From positions 261,867-325,866 of the forward strand of contig JBAYIT010000002.1 of NCBI GenBank assembly GCA_041665485.1: a stretch of DNA of 64,000 nucleotides. The letters run 5' to 3'. Positions 56,197 through 64,000 of the stretch are shown piece by piece (the first letter of the stretch is position 1; the number at the start of each line of letters is the position of its first letter). Origin of the DNA: Candidatus Shapirobacteria bacterium (GTDB lineage: Bacteria; Patescibacteriota; Microgenomatia; UBA12405). The translations under genes and the position numbers were made by a program. The notes beneath the pieces are model-generated. The model was given only the letters and a program-made list of their open reading frames with translations, made no database searches and was not told the DNA's origin.

Positions 56197-56913
56197 GTGC
56201 CAACTATTGACCCTAATATTGCTGTTCTCGAATTTCGTCCCGGACCCGGTGGCGAAGAATCCCAAATCTGGCTTCAGGATCTGATGAACATGTACACCCG
56301 CTATGCCACTAAAGTTGGCTGGAAATCCAGCCTCCTCGACGATGATGTTGTCAAAATAACTGGCGTTGACGCCTACGAACAACTCAAGTGGGAAACCGGC
56401 ACTCACCGGGTTCAACGTATTCCCGTCACTGAAAAACACGGCCGAATTCATACCTCCACCGCTGCGGTGGTGGTTCTCCCCTACGTCACCAGCAACGACA
56501 TTACCATCAACCCCGATGACCTGGAAATGACCGCTTCCCGGGCCGGCGGTCATGGTGGCCAAAACGTTAATAAAGTCTCCACCGCCGTCCGTCTGCTTCA
56601 CAAACCCACCGGCATCACCTTCTCCGTCCGCCAAGAACGCTCTCAACAGCAAAATCGGGAAATTGCCATGAATTTACTTAAAGCCAAATTGTGGCAAATG
56701 GAAGAAGACAAGAAAAACTCCGGCGCCTCCTCCACTCGAAGCTCAATTGGCCAAGCCCTTCGCTCCGACAAAATCCGCACCTACAATTACGCCCGCAACC
56801 AAATCAAAGACCATCGCATCGACAAATCTTTTAATCTCAAAAACTGCCTTGACGGCGACCTAGTCGACCTCCTCCTCGAACTCACCGTCCTCAACTCCCC
56901 TCCCCAACCCTAA
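56197..56913 (+). CDS. prfA: Peptide chain release factor 1 lacking the N-terminal domain
   Basis: [19 protein letters not shown] (PxT), GGQNVNK, IRTYN; follows rpmE. Confidence 0.85.
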   Translation: MPTIDPNIAVLEFRPGPGGEESQIWLQDLMNMYTRYATKVGWKSSLLDDDVVKITGVDAYEQLKWETGTHRVQRIPVTEKHGRIHTSTAAVVVLPYVTSNDITINPDDLEMTASRAGGHGGQNVNKVSTAVRLLHKPTGITFSVRQERSQQQNREIAMNLLKAKLWQMEEDKKNSGASSTRSSIGQALRSDKIRTYNYARNQIKDHRIDKSFNLKNCLDGDLVDLLLELTVLNSPPQP

Positions 56914-57050
56914 CCATAAATTATCTCGTCGTCCTCACTTAATCCCATTGGTTTATCTCCAACTATCTTTATGGTACTAAAATCCATCAAAGACATCTTC
57001 TTTCCTTTTTTCTTGATCTTTTTCGCTCTCATTATTATTATTCTACTACA

Positions 57051-57422
57051 TCAACCCCGCCGACTAATCACCATCACCGCAGGCTCAGTTTCACCGTTAG
57101 ATTTATTCCCAACACTAAAACCAACAAAGTCAACATGTTGCCCACGTGCCACCAAAGAAATCTCTACCTCGCCATAAACGCGAGTATGCGATCCATCTCC
57201 AGAATAATAATCAAACCCACCTTTTCCAGAATTCGCATCAACAAACACCCCATCGTCGCTTTCTGACCCACTGACTTCAACGCTTAAATCCACGGGGGCC
57301 TCCGACCCACGAACTAGAATAACACCTAATTCACTCAAGCCATCAGTTATCTCTTTCAGCCCCAACCTATCCCCCTCCTCCACAAATAACGGTTTATCAG
57401 CAATCAAGATTTCCGCTCTCAT
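57051..57422 (-). CDS. Hypothetical protein
   Basis: ATGA overlap with the htrA stop. Confidence 0.55.
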   Translation of the reverse strand: MRAEILIADKPLFVEEGDRLGLKEITDGLSELGVILVRGSEAPVDLSVEVSGSESDDGVFVDANSGKGGFDYYSGDGSHTRVYGEVEISLVARGQHVDFVGFSVGNKSNGETEPAVMVISRRG

Positions 57423-58546
57423 ACCCTCTTCTCCAACCTCGCCCTCAAATTAACCTCTGATTTGTCTCGCCAGAGTTTGATGGTAACCTCATCACCAATT
57501 TTTTTCTTATTTATCAAACTTACAATCGATATATCCTTATTATCAACCAATTTTACCCCGTCAATTTCCGTAATTATATCCCCCACTTTAACCCCCGCTT
57601 TAGCCGCTGGCCCATTGTCCGTTAGTGCCTGGACATAAGCTCCGGCGGGGACTTCGTTTAACAGCGCCGCTTGTTTCGTAATCATTTGGTACGACACCCC
57701 CAAATACGGCCGTTCAAATCCGCCGGTAGTTTTAAAGTTATTAATCGAGTCTCTAATCAAATTGATAGGCAGGGCAAAGCCAATGCTTTGGGCGCCCTGG
57801 CTCACCGCCACATTCACTCCAATAACCTCTCCTGCCGAATTAAATAATGGCCCGCCTGAATTACCAGGATTTATCGCCGCATCGGTTTGAATTACATTCT
57901 CCAATTTTTCCGACCCCTCAAACGGATTCCCCGCCGTTATCCCCCGCCCCAATCCAGAAATCACCCCTTTAGTCACTGTCGACCGAAATTCTCCCAAGGC
58001 CGTCCCAATCGCAATCACCGTTTGCCCTACTTTTAGTTTATCCGAATCTCCCAACTTCACTGGCGTCAATCCTTTTTTATCCACCCTCAAAATCGCCAAA
58101 TCGTTTTCCGGATCGCGATAAATCTCTTTAACCTCCACTACTTCATCTTTACCAATTACTACTTTATATTTGGCCGTTGTATCGGAAACTACGTGTTTAT
58201 TAGTCACTATCAACCCATCGTTACTTATCACAAATCCCGTTCCAATGTCCTGCTCGATCTTCTGTTCTTGTTGTTGCTGTTTGGGTATCTGCATGCCAAA
58301 AAAGTCACCAAAAATATCAAAGCCCGGGAACAAATTATTATTAATAATATTTGTTTTACTAATAGAAACTGTCACCACACTCGGTGTTGCCTCTTCCACT
58401 ACCTTTGTCACCACCGACTCCTCATCAACCACTTCAAGTGGCTTGGTTATTGGTTTCTCCACTACTGCCCCACGTAACGCAAAAGCCACCAAAACTCCGC
58501 CCAAAACCAATCCCAAAATAAAATTTCTAATCGTCTTCGTCTCCAT
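57419..58546 (-). CDS. htrA: HtrA/DegP-like serine protease with PDZ domain
   Basis: GTGF, TNKHVV, DLA, QTDAAINPGNSGGPL. Confidence 0.95.
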   Translation of the reverse strand: METKTIRNFILGLVLGGVLVAFALRGAVVEKPITKPLEVVDEESVVTKVVEEATPSVVTVSISKTNIINNNLFPGFDIFGDFFGMQIPKQQQQEQKIEQDIGTGFVISNDGLIVTNKHVVSDTTAKYKVVIGKDEVVEVKEIYRDPENDLAILRVDKKGLTPVKLGDSDKLKVGQTVIAIGTALGEFRSTVTKGVISGLGRGITAGNPFEGSEKLENVIQTDAAINPGNSGGPLFNSAGEVIGVNVAVSQGAQSIGFALPINLIRDSINNFKTTGGFERPYLGVSYQMITKQAALLNEVPAGAYVQALTDNGPAAKAGVKVGDIITEIDGVKLVDNKDISIVSLINKKKIGDEVTIKLWRDKSEVNLRARLEKRV

Positions 58547-58551
58547 AAAAA

Positions 58552-59754
58552 CTATTTTAGTAGCTCCTCTACCGCCTTGTCAAATTGGTTGTCAACCTTA
58601 CTTTCGGGATTCTTTGGTGCCTCATATTTGACCACCACATCCGGATCAACCCCAACTCCATGAATGTTTTTCCCATCCGGTAACAACCATTTAGCTACCG
58701 TCACATGAAGCCCGGATCCGTCAGGCAACTCCTCCGGCTGTTGCACTGTTCCCTTGCCAAAGGTTTTCTCCCCAACCAACTTTCCCCGGCCGTAATATTT
58801 CAAAGCTCCGGCCAAAATTTCTGCTGCTGAAGCCGAACCGCCATTGACAAGCACCACCAATTTTGGCTTAGTTAACTGTCTTTTTGTTTCATCAACCTTA
58901 TATTGTTCTTCTTTTCCTCCGCTCGACGCCTGGGTCACCACCACTCCACTCTCAAGCAAGTCCGAAGCTACCACCACACTGGCTTGTAAAAACCCTCCCG
59001 GATTATTTCTTAAATCCAACACCACCCCGGCTAAATTCTTCTCTCCGTTAATTTCTTCGACCACTGTCGGCCATTCTTCATAAATCCTCTCCGAAAATTT
59101 ATAGAGTTTTACCCAAGCCACCGATTTATTATTTTTCGTCACCATTTCTAGCTCCAAGCTTGGTACTACAATATTTTCTCGCTTCAAAGTTACCTCAAAT
59201 GGTTCATTCTTGCCTTCTCGATATATTTTCAAAACAACCTCTGTCCCTATTTTACCTCTAATCAAATTAACCGCTTCATCCAATGAAATTCCTGTCGTGT
59301 CTTTGTCCACACTGTTATTTTTGTCTATAATTTTGACAATTAAATCCCCTGCCCTAAGCCCCGCTTTTTCCGCTGGAGTTTTTGGTAATGGCGACATTAC
59401 CGCCAAATTTTTGTCCTTGTAACCAAGGCTTATCCCCACTCCTCCAAACTCACCAGCCAAATCTTGAGTCGATAACTTATTTTCTTTCGGGGGCAAAAAA
59501 ACAGTATAAGGATCATCCAAAGATGCCACCAATCCCTCGATTGCTCCATAAGTCATTTCCTTATCTTTTATTTTTTCTTTATCGAGATATATTTCCTTTA
59601 ATCTGTCCCTCACCTGCCACATTAGCGATAAATCTAAAACGTTGTTTGTTGAGGAATTCGCCGGAACTAACCGCTTCTCACCTAATCTGTAACCACCGGC
59701 AAAAAACACCGCCCCCACCGCCATCAATACTAATAAGTTTCTTAAACTTCTCAT
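58552..59754 (-). CDS. ctpA: S41 C-terminal processing protease
   Basis: LDDPYT, DLRNNPGG, SASAAEI, TFGKGTVQ. Confidence 0.94.
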   Translation of the reverse strand: MRSLRNLLVLMAVGAVFFAGGYRLGEKRLVPANSSTNNVLDLSLMWQVRDRLKEIYLDKEKIKDKEMTYGAIEGLVASLDDPYTVFLPPKENKLSTQDLAGEFGGVGISLGYKDKNLAVMSPLPKTPAEKAGLRAGDLIVKIIDKNNSVDKDTTGISLDEAVNLIRGKIGTEVVLKIYREGKNEPFEVTLKRENIVVPSLELEMVTKNNKSVAWVKLYKFSERIYEEWPTVVEEINGEKNLAGVVLDLRNNPGGFLQASVVVASDLLESGVVVTQASSGGKEEQYKVDETKRQLTKPKLVVLVNGGSASAAEILAGALKYYGRGKLVGEKTFGKGTVQQPEELPDGSGLHVTVAKWLLPDGKNIHGVGVDPDVVVKYEAPKNPESKVDNQFDKAVEELLK

Positions 59755-60509
59755 TTGCTTTTTGATTCTACCACCAACAATCGTCCTGCCGTAGCATTAA
59801 GTAAACAACGATAAATTTTGTCTTTTTCAAATTCCTCCACCAGCTTTATCCAATCTTTATTATTAACTTTTAGTACAGGCAAATCAGTCTCTATTTCTTC
59901 AACTATTTCCTTGGCCACCACTCCCACCACTCCAACTGCTTCCATTTTCAAAATTAGTAATTGATCAAGTTTTGAAACCAACACCACCCTTCCGTCAAAC
60001 TCAGCCGAAACGTCAGATAACTTTTCCACTATTTTTTGTCCACCAATCGTTCCCCAGGATTTATCCGACCCCACCCCTTCTCCCTCAATCTTAACTGCCC
60101 TAAATTCGATTACTACCTTCCCCTTTTCCGGTATCTTCACCACCCCATCAACCGGCGAATCCACCCCTATTTCTTTTCCCCTAATCTCATAAATCAAATT
60201 ACCAAACTCATCAATTCCCTTAATCACCGCATTCTCTCTTGCCAACAAGGGCTTCCTCTGTTTCCAAAACCCGCCCCCGCTCCTTAACTCCTCCCCTGCC
60301 GTTATCTCCTTACCAACCCATTTTCGTAACCAATCTTCCTTTTCTCCGGATCTCCACACTAAAGCCACCGCCGATGAATCCACCACATCGGTCCGTTCAT
60401 TTAGTTTGACAATTGTTTCCCCGTGCTCAATCTTCTGACCATCCTTTACCAAAACCCGGCCCCCATCCGGCACCTCCACCACCCATTTAGCTAAAACCGA
60501 CAACTTCAT
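59751..60509 (-). CDS. Conserved hypothetical protein with barrel-sandwich-hybrid-like motifs
   Basis: VLVKDGQKI and SPVDGVV motifs; coupled to ctpA. Confidence 0.7.
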   Translation of the reverse strand: MKLSVLAKWVVEVPDGGRVLVKDGQKIEHGETIVKLNERTDVVDSSAVALVWRSGEKEDWLRKWVGKEITAGEELRSGGGFWKQRKPLLARENAVIKGIDEFGNLIYEIRGKEIGVDSPVDGVVKIPEKGKVVIEFRAVKIEGEGVGSDKSWGTIGGQKIVEKLSDVSAEFDGRVVLVSKLDQLLILKMEAVGVVGVVAKEIVEEIETDLPVLKVNNKDWIKLVEEFEKDKIYRCLLNATAGRLLVVESKSK

Positions 60510-60523
60510 AAAGCCATTATACC

Positions 60524-60784
60524 CTAAGCTCTAGTCGTAAACGGCATTAAGCCCAAATGCCTTGCCTGTTTTATCGACCTGGCTATTTGTCTTTGATGCT
60601 TAGCACAAACTCCGGAATAGTTTTTTCCAATTATTCTTGCCCTACCCGACAAATATTCTCCAAGTTTTTCATAATCAGTCCACGAAGGAGTTGTCTTTTC
60701 CGCACAAAAATAGCAAACCTTAGACTTAGCTAAAGCTCTTTTCCTGGCTAAATTGGTTTCTTTAATCGATCTCTTTGTGGCCAT
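60524..60784 (-). CDS. rpsR: 30S ribosomal protein S18
   Basis: CYFC, CAKHQR....IKQAR.LGLMPF. Confidence 0.96.
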   Translation of the reverse strand: MATKRSIKETNLARKRALAKSKVCYFCAEKTTPSWTDYEKLGEYLSGRARIIGKNYSGVCAKHQRQIARSIKQARHLGLMPFTTRA

Positions 60785-60789
60785 ATTTT

Positions 60790-61344
60790 TTAAAAAGGCA
60801 TTTCATCACTTTTATCTTCTGGTTTTTTCTCCCCTGTTCCCTCTTCGGTTGGAGTTTCTGCTATCGGCTCCACTACTGATGGCATCGGTTCGCCTAAATC
60901 GTCAGGGATAGTGATATCACCAATTTCTCCCCCAGCCACTAAACTCGGTTCCACCGGAGCCGCCAAATCAACATTTTGTTCCTCTCTATTATTGTTTGAA
61001 GCAAATCCTTTATTATCTAAAATCATCATATCATCAATAACAACTTCAGAAATCTGTTTCCTCTGACCTTCCTGATCGGTAAATTCCCGATATTGGATTC
61101 TTCCTTCAACGTAAACCCTCCTGCCCTTACCCAACAACTGAGAGCACAATTCGGCAAGCTTGTTCCAAGCCACAATTCGATGAAATTGAGCGTCTTCTTT
61201 TCTTTCTCCTTGTTTGGTCACCCAAACTCGGTTAGTTGCCATTCCGAAGCTCACTACCGCCATCCCGCCGGGTGTATACCTCAACTCCGGATCGCGGGTA
61301 AGATTCCCTATTAACATTACTTTGTTTAAGCATCTGCTTGGCAT
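60790..61344 (-). CDS. ssb: Single-stranded DNA-binding protein
   Basis: NKVMLIGNLTRDPELRYT; acidic MPF tail. Confidence 0.97.
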   Translation of the reverse strand: MPSRCLNKVMLIGNLTRDPELRYTPGGMAVVSFGMATNRVWVTKQGERKEDAQFHRIVAWNKLAELCSQLLGKGRRVYVEGRIQYREFTDQEGQRKQISEVVIDDMMILDNKGFASNNNREEQNVDLAAPVEPSLVAGGEIGDITIPDDLGEPMPSVVEPIAETPTEEGTGEKKPEDKSDEMPF

Positions 61345-61359
61345 ATTGTTTTCCTTTTG

Positions 61360-61641
61360 TTAGTTCTTTAATACTAAATAACGAATAATATCAGTATTGC
61401 GGTTTAAGTATAAATTAATTTCGGAAAAATTGATATCTTCCTTTCCTTCAGCTTTAAACATCCAAAAATCACCTTTATTCTGGTCGGCAATTGGGTAAGC
61501 CAGAGGTTTAACTCCCAAATGTTCCATCTTACCGTCTTTCCAACCAAATTTTTTAAATTGTTCGGCCACCACCTCCACCGGTTTTTCTCCGGCCTTGGGG
61601 GAAAAAACCAAGACAATTTCGTATTTTTGTTTCTCTGCCAT
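61360..61641 (-). CDS. rpsF: 30S ribosomal protein S6
   Basis: YE, G.K.LAYPI, IIRYL; rpsF-ssb-rpsR order. Confidence 0.92.
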   Translation of the reverse strand: MAEKQKYEIVLVFSPKAGEKPVEVVAEQFKKFGWKDGKMEHLGVKPLAYPIADQNKGDFWMFKAEGKEDINFSEINLYLNRNTDIIRYLVLKN

Positions 61642-61673
61642 ATTTAATGCTAGTTAGCTTACCACGGTATAAT

Positions 61674-63056
61674 CTATTTTACAACGGCTTTCAATTTCGA
61701 TCCATTACTAGTATCCTCCACCTCCCAGCCCAGGTCTTTGATTTCCCCTCTTATTCTATCTGACTCTGGCCAGTTTTTCTCACTTCTAGCTTTCTCCCGA
61801 AGAGCCGTCAATTTCAAAACCTCTGGAGGGATTTCTTCCTTTTCCTGTTTTTTATCAAGTTTTAACCCCAACACTCGGTCAAAATCCAAAATCGTCGCCC
61901 TTTTGTCTTTATCATTTATTTTTTCATCCTTTGTTAATTTCCACACCAACGCCAATGCCTCCGGTGTTGCCAAGTCATCACCAATTTTTCTTGCAAACTC
62001 TTTTTTGTAATCCTGATTTACTTCTCCCCCACCCTCCCAGTCCGCCACCAACTCTCTTAACTTAAACAAAGCTGTTTGTGAGGCTTTTAAAGATTCTAAC
62101 GAAAATTCTAATCCCTTACGATAATGCGACGTTAACACTAAATATTTATGCGCCAGTGGATCATACCCCATCTCCACCAACTGCTCTGCTGTATACCCAT
62201 TCCCTAAACTTTTGCTCATTTTCACTCCACCTTTCATTACCAACCAAGCATTGTGAAGCCAATAATTAGCCGTTTGATGACCAAAAGACCCAAAGCCTTG
62301 GGCAATTTCATTAGTATGGTGCACCCCAATATGCTCAATCCCACCTGTATGAATATCAAAAGTCTCTCCCAAATATTTTGTTGACATCGCCGTGCACTCA
62401 ATATGCCAACCCGGAAAGCCCTCACCCCAAGGGCTACCCCACTTCATAATATGATTAGGTTGATTAGTCACCCACAACAAAAAGTCCCATGGGTTTTTTT
62501 TCTCCTGATCTATCTCCACCCTAGCTCCAGCATCCATTTCATCCAATTTTAAATTGGCAAACTTAGCATAATCGATAAATTTAGCCGTATCAAACACTAA
62601 TCCTGTTTTAGTCATATAGGCAAATCCATTGGCTTCAATTCTTTTAGCAAGTTCTATTTGCTCACTAATATGTTCCGTCGCCCGGCAAACCACATCCGGC
62701 CGGACAATATTAAATCTATCCAAACTATCCAAAAATTGACTTTCATATTTTCTAGCAATTTCCCACACCGTAAGTCCTTCTCTTTTAGCTCCTTTCTCCA
62801 TTTTATCCTCACCTGTATCAGCATCAGATGTCAAATGCCCAACATCGGTCACGTTCATTACCCAGTTTACTTCGTTACCAATATATCTCAAAAAATTTAC
62901 CAATGTCCCCCATTGAGTGTAGGCATACATATGGCCAATATGTTGATTCCAATATACTGTCGGTCCGCAGGAATAAATCCCTACTTTTCCCTCCACTATT
63001 GGCTTAAATTCCTCTTTTGTCCTCGTCGCCGTGTTATAAAGTTTCATCTTTTCCAT
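61674..63056 (-). CDS. cysS: Cysteine--tRNA ligase
   Basis: CGPTVY, HIGH, PGWHIEC, KMSKS. Confidence 0.97.
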   Translation of the reverse strand: MEKMKLYNTATRTKEEFKPIVEGKVGIYSCGPTVYWNQHIGHMYAYTQWGTLVNFLRYIGNEVNWVMNVTDVGHLTSDADTGEDKMEKGAKREGLTVWEIARKYESQFLDSLDRFNIVRPDVVCRATEHISEQIELAKRIEANGFAYMTKTGLVFDTAKFIDYAKFANLKLDEMDAGARVEIDQEKKNPWDFLLWVTNQPNHIMKWGSPWGEGFPGWHIECTAMSTKYLGETFDIHTGGIEHIGVHHTNEIAQGFGSFGHQTANYWLHNAWLVMKGGVKMSKSLGNGYTAEQLVEMGYDPLAHKYLVLTSHYRKGLEFSLESLKASQTALFKLRELVADWEGGGEVNQDYKKEFARKIGDDLATPEALALVWKLTKDEKINDKDKRATILDFDRVLGLKLDKKQEKEEIPPEVLKLTALREKARSEKNWPESDRIRGEIKDLGWEVEDTSNGSKLKAVVK

Positions 63057-63429
63057 TATACATCTTCAACCCCCTCACCTTCTCAAAATGCTTTTTATTC
63101 AATGTTGCCAGTTTAGCTTTTTTGACAAGGCAACTGGCCGCAATCCAAGCATCGTTGCCAAAGGCTTGTTCTTTTCTCCTTATTTCCCCATATTTAGCCG
63201 CAATTGAAACATTAATATCAACGATTTCCATACCCTTAAACATTGACACTAATTCCCGCCGGAACTTTTCCGTTTTCATTGATTTACCTGCCAATAGTTC
63301 ACCAACCACCACCACCGGCACCACCAACTTTCTCTCACCCTTACTTGCCCATTTGATTAAACTTGGCAATATTTCCCCACGGCGAATATATTCAATAAAA
63401 ATAGAAGTATCGACAACAAAATTTACCAT
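63034..63429 (-). CDS. PIN-domain (VapC-like) toxin
   Basis: VDTSIFI, GEL, NDAWIAA, TLNKKHF. Confidence 0.92.
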   Translation of the reverse strand: MVNFVVDTSIFIEYIRRGEILPSLIKWASKGERKLVVPVVVVGELLAGKSMKTEKFRRELVSMFKGMEIVDINVSIAAKYGEIRRKEQAFGNDAWIAASCLVKKAKLATLNKKHFEKVRGLKMYNGKDETL

Positions 63430-63689
63430 TTTGGGAACCTGTCAACTTTTGACTCCTCTCTGATTTTTTCTACATCCGACCAATCAAATCTATTCAAATA
63501 TTTTCTCGCCCTTTCCATATCTTTCCCATATTTCTCCCAATCAAATTTCTTTGTCTGTTTTGGCCTAATCTCTGCCACCACCTCACCATGCAACATGATG
63601 TTGGTAATTTGTTTGTTAATTTTAGCCGCCGCCACCACATCAAACAACTCTTTTCTCAATTCCGTTACCGTCATTGTTTTTACAATCAT
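63423..63689 (-). CDS. Phd/YefM-like antitoxin
   Basis: TVTELRKEL...V......I..HG..VA pattern; TTGACA-18-TACACT promoter at 63724-63695. Confidence 0.8.
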   Translation of the reverse strand: MIVKTMTVTELRKELFDVVAAAKINKQITNIMLHGEVVAEIRPKQTKKFDWEKYGKDMERARKYLNRFDWSDVEKIREESKVDRFPKW

Positions 63690-63733
63690 AACTTAGTGTA
63701 CATCAACGTACGTTCCTCTGTCAATATCTGCTT

Positions 63734-64000
63734 TTAATCCACCTTTCCCTTAAATTCACTCGTCTGGCTTAGTTGATCAATTGTCGGTTGCATCTGTTTC
63801 TTCTTGCCTTGAGGCATCAGAGCACTCCCTCTTTGCTTCTTTCTTTTAGCCGGATTGGTCGACTCACCTCCCGACAATGCTTGTCTCTCGGCCATTTCCG
63901 CTTCTCTCTGCCGTCTAATTTGCTCTAGAAACTGCTTCTCTTTTTCCTCTTCCTCTTTTTCCTTCTCTTTTCTTATCTCTTCAATTTCTGCCTCCACGTT
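63734..64000 (-). CDS. 3' end of a charged coiled-coil protein (starts outside the window)
   Basis: E/K-rich frame open to the window edge. Confidence 0.6.
   Translation of the reverse strand, partial: NVEAEIEEIRKEKEKEEEEKEKQFLEQIRRQREAEMAERQALSGGESTNPAKRKKQRGSALMPQGKKKQMQPTIDQLSQTSEFKGKVD

Noticed and set aside
56971-57177. 68-aa + strand membrane peptide
   Set aside because: Overlaps the minus-strand 123-aa ORF by 127 nt, and that ORF is translationally coupled to htrA; cannot be supported, though not excluded
1-64000. Alternative genetic code (TGA read as Gly, as in Gracilibacteria/Absconditabacteria)
   Set aside because: Conserved genes are full length under the standard code and TGA acts as a stop, e.g. 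pilM and hisS-adjacent vapC

Overview
This is 64 kb of chromosome from a small-genome bacterium. Gene content and protein style point to Patescibacteria/CPR, Microgenomates-like (inference). The + strand is C-rich throughout, so the window lies in one replichore. 0-24.6 kb holds a large minus-strand type IV pilus locus: pilB, pilT, pilC, pilD, ten prepilin-like genes, a 1.85-kaa Cys-rich putative adhesin, pilM and pilN. It is interrupted by a 2.9-kb segment bounded by a 50-bp direct repeat that carries an M16 peptidase, an unannotated 47-aa D/S/G-rich peptide and a hypothetical gene. The rest is housekeeping (ligA, pth, MacAB-type ABC transporter, gyrB/gyrA, Xer recombinase, yebC, rluD, lspA, dnaB, hisS, rpmE, a short RF1, htrA, ctpA, rpsF-ssb-rpsR, cysS), plus three tRNAs and several toxin-antitoxin genes. 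The strongest unexplained signal is at 51.9-55.2 kb: two His-codon leader peptides in tandem, each with a terminator and competing antiterminator, flank tRNA-His and precede an unknown 539-aa ORF and hisS. Other notable signals are a symmetric dif-like 28-bp site upstream of xer, many degenerate 7-9-bp periodic tracts and GC hairpin elements (some in-frame inside genes), and widespread apparently leaderless promoters. All calls come from reading the sequence; no database search or folding was run.
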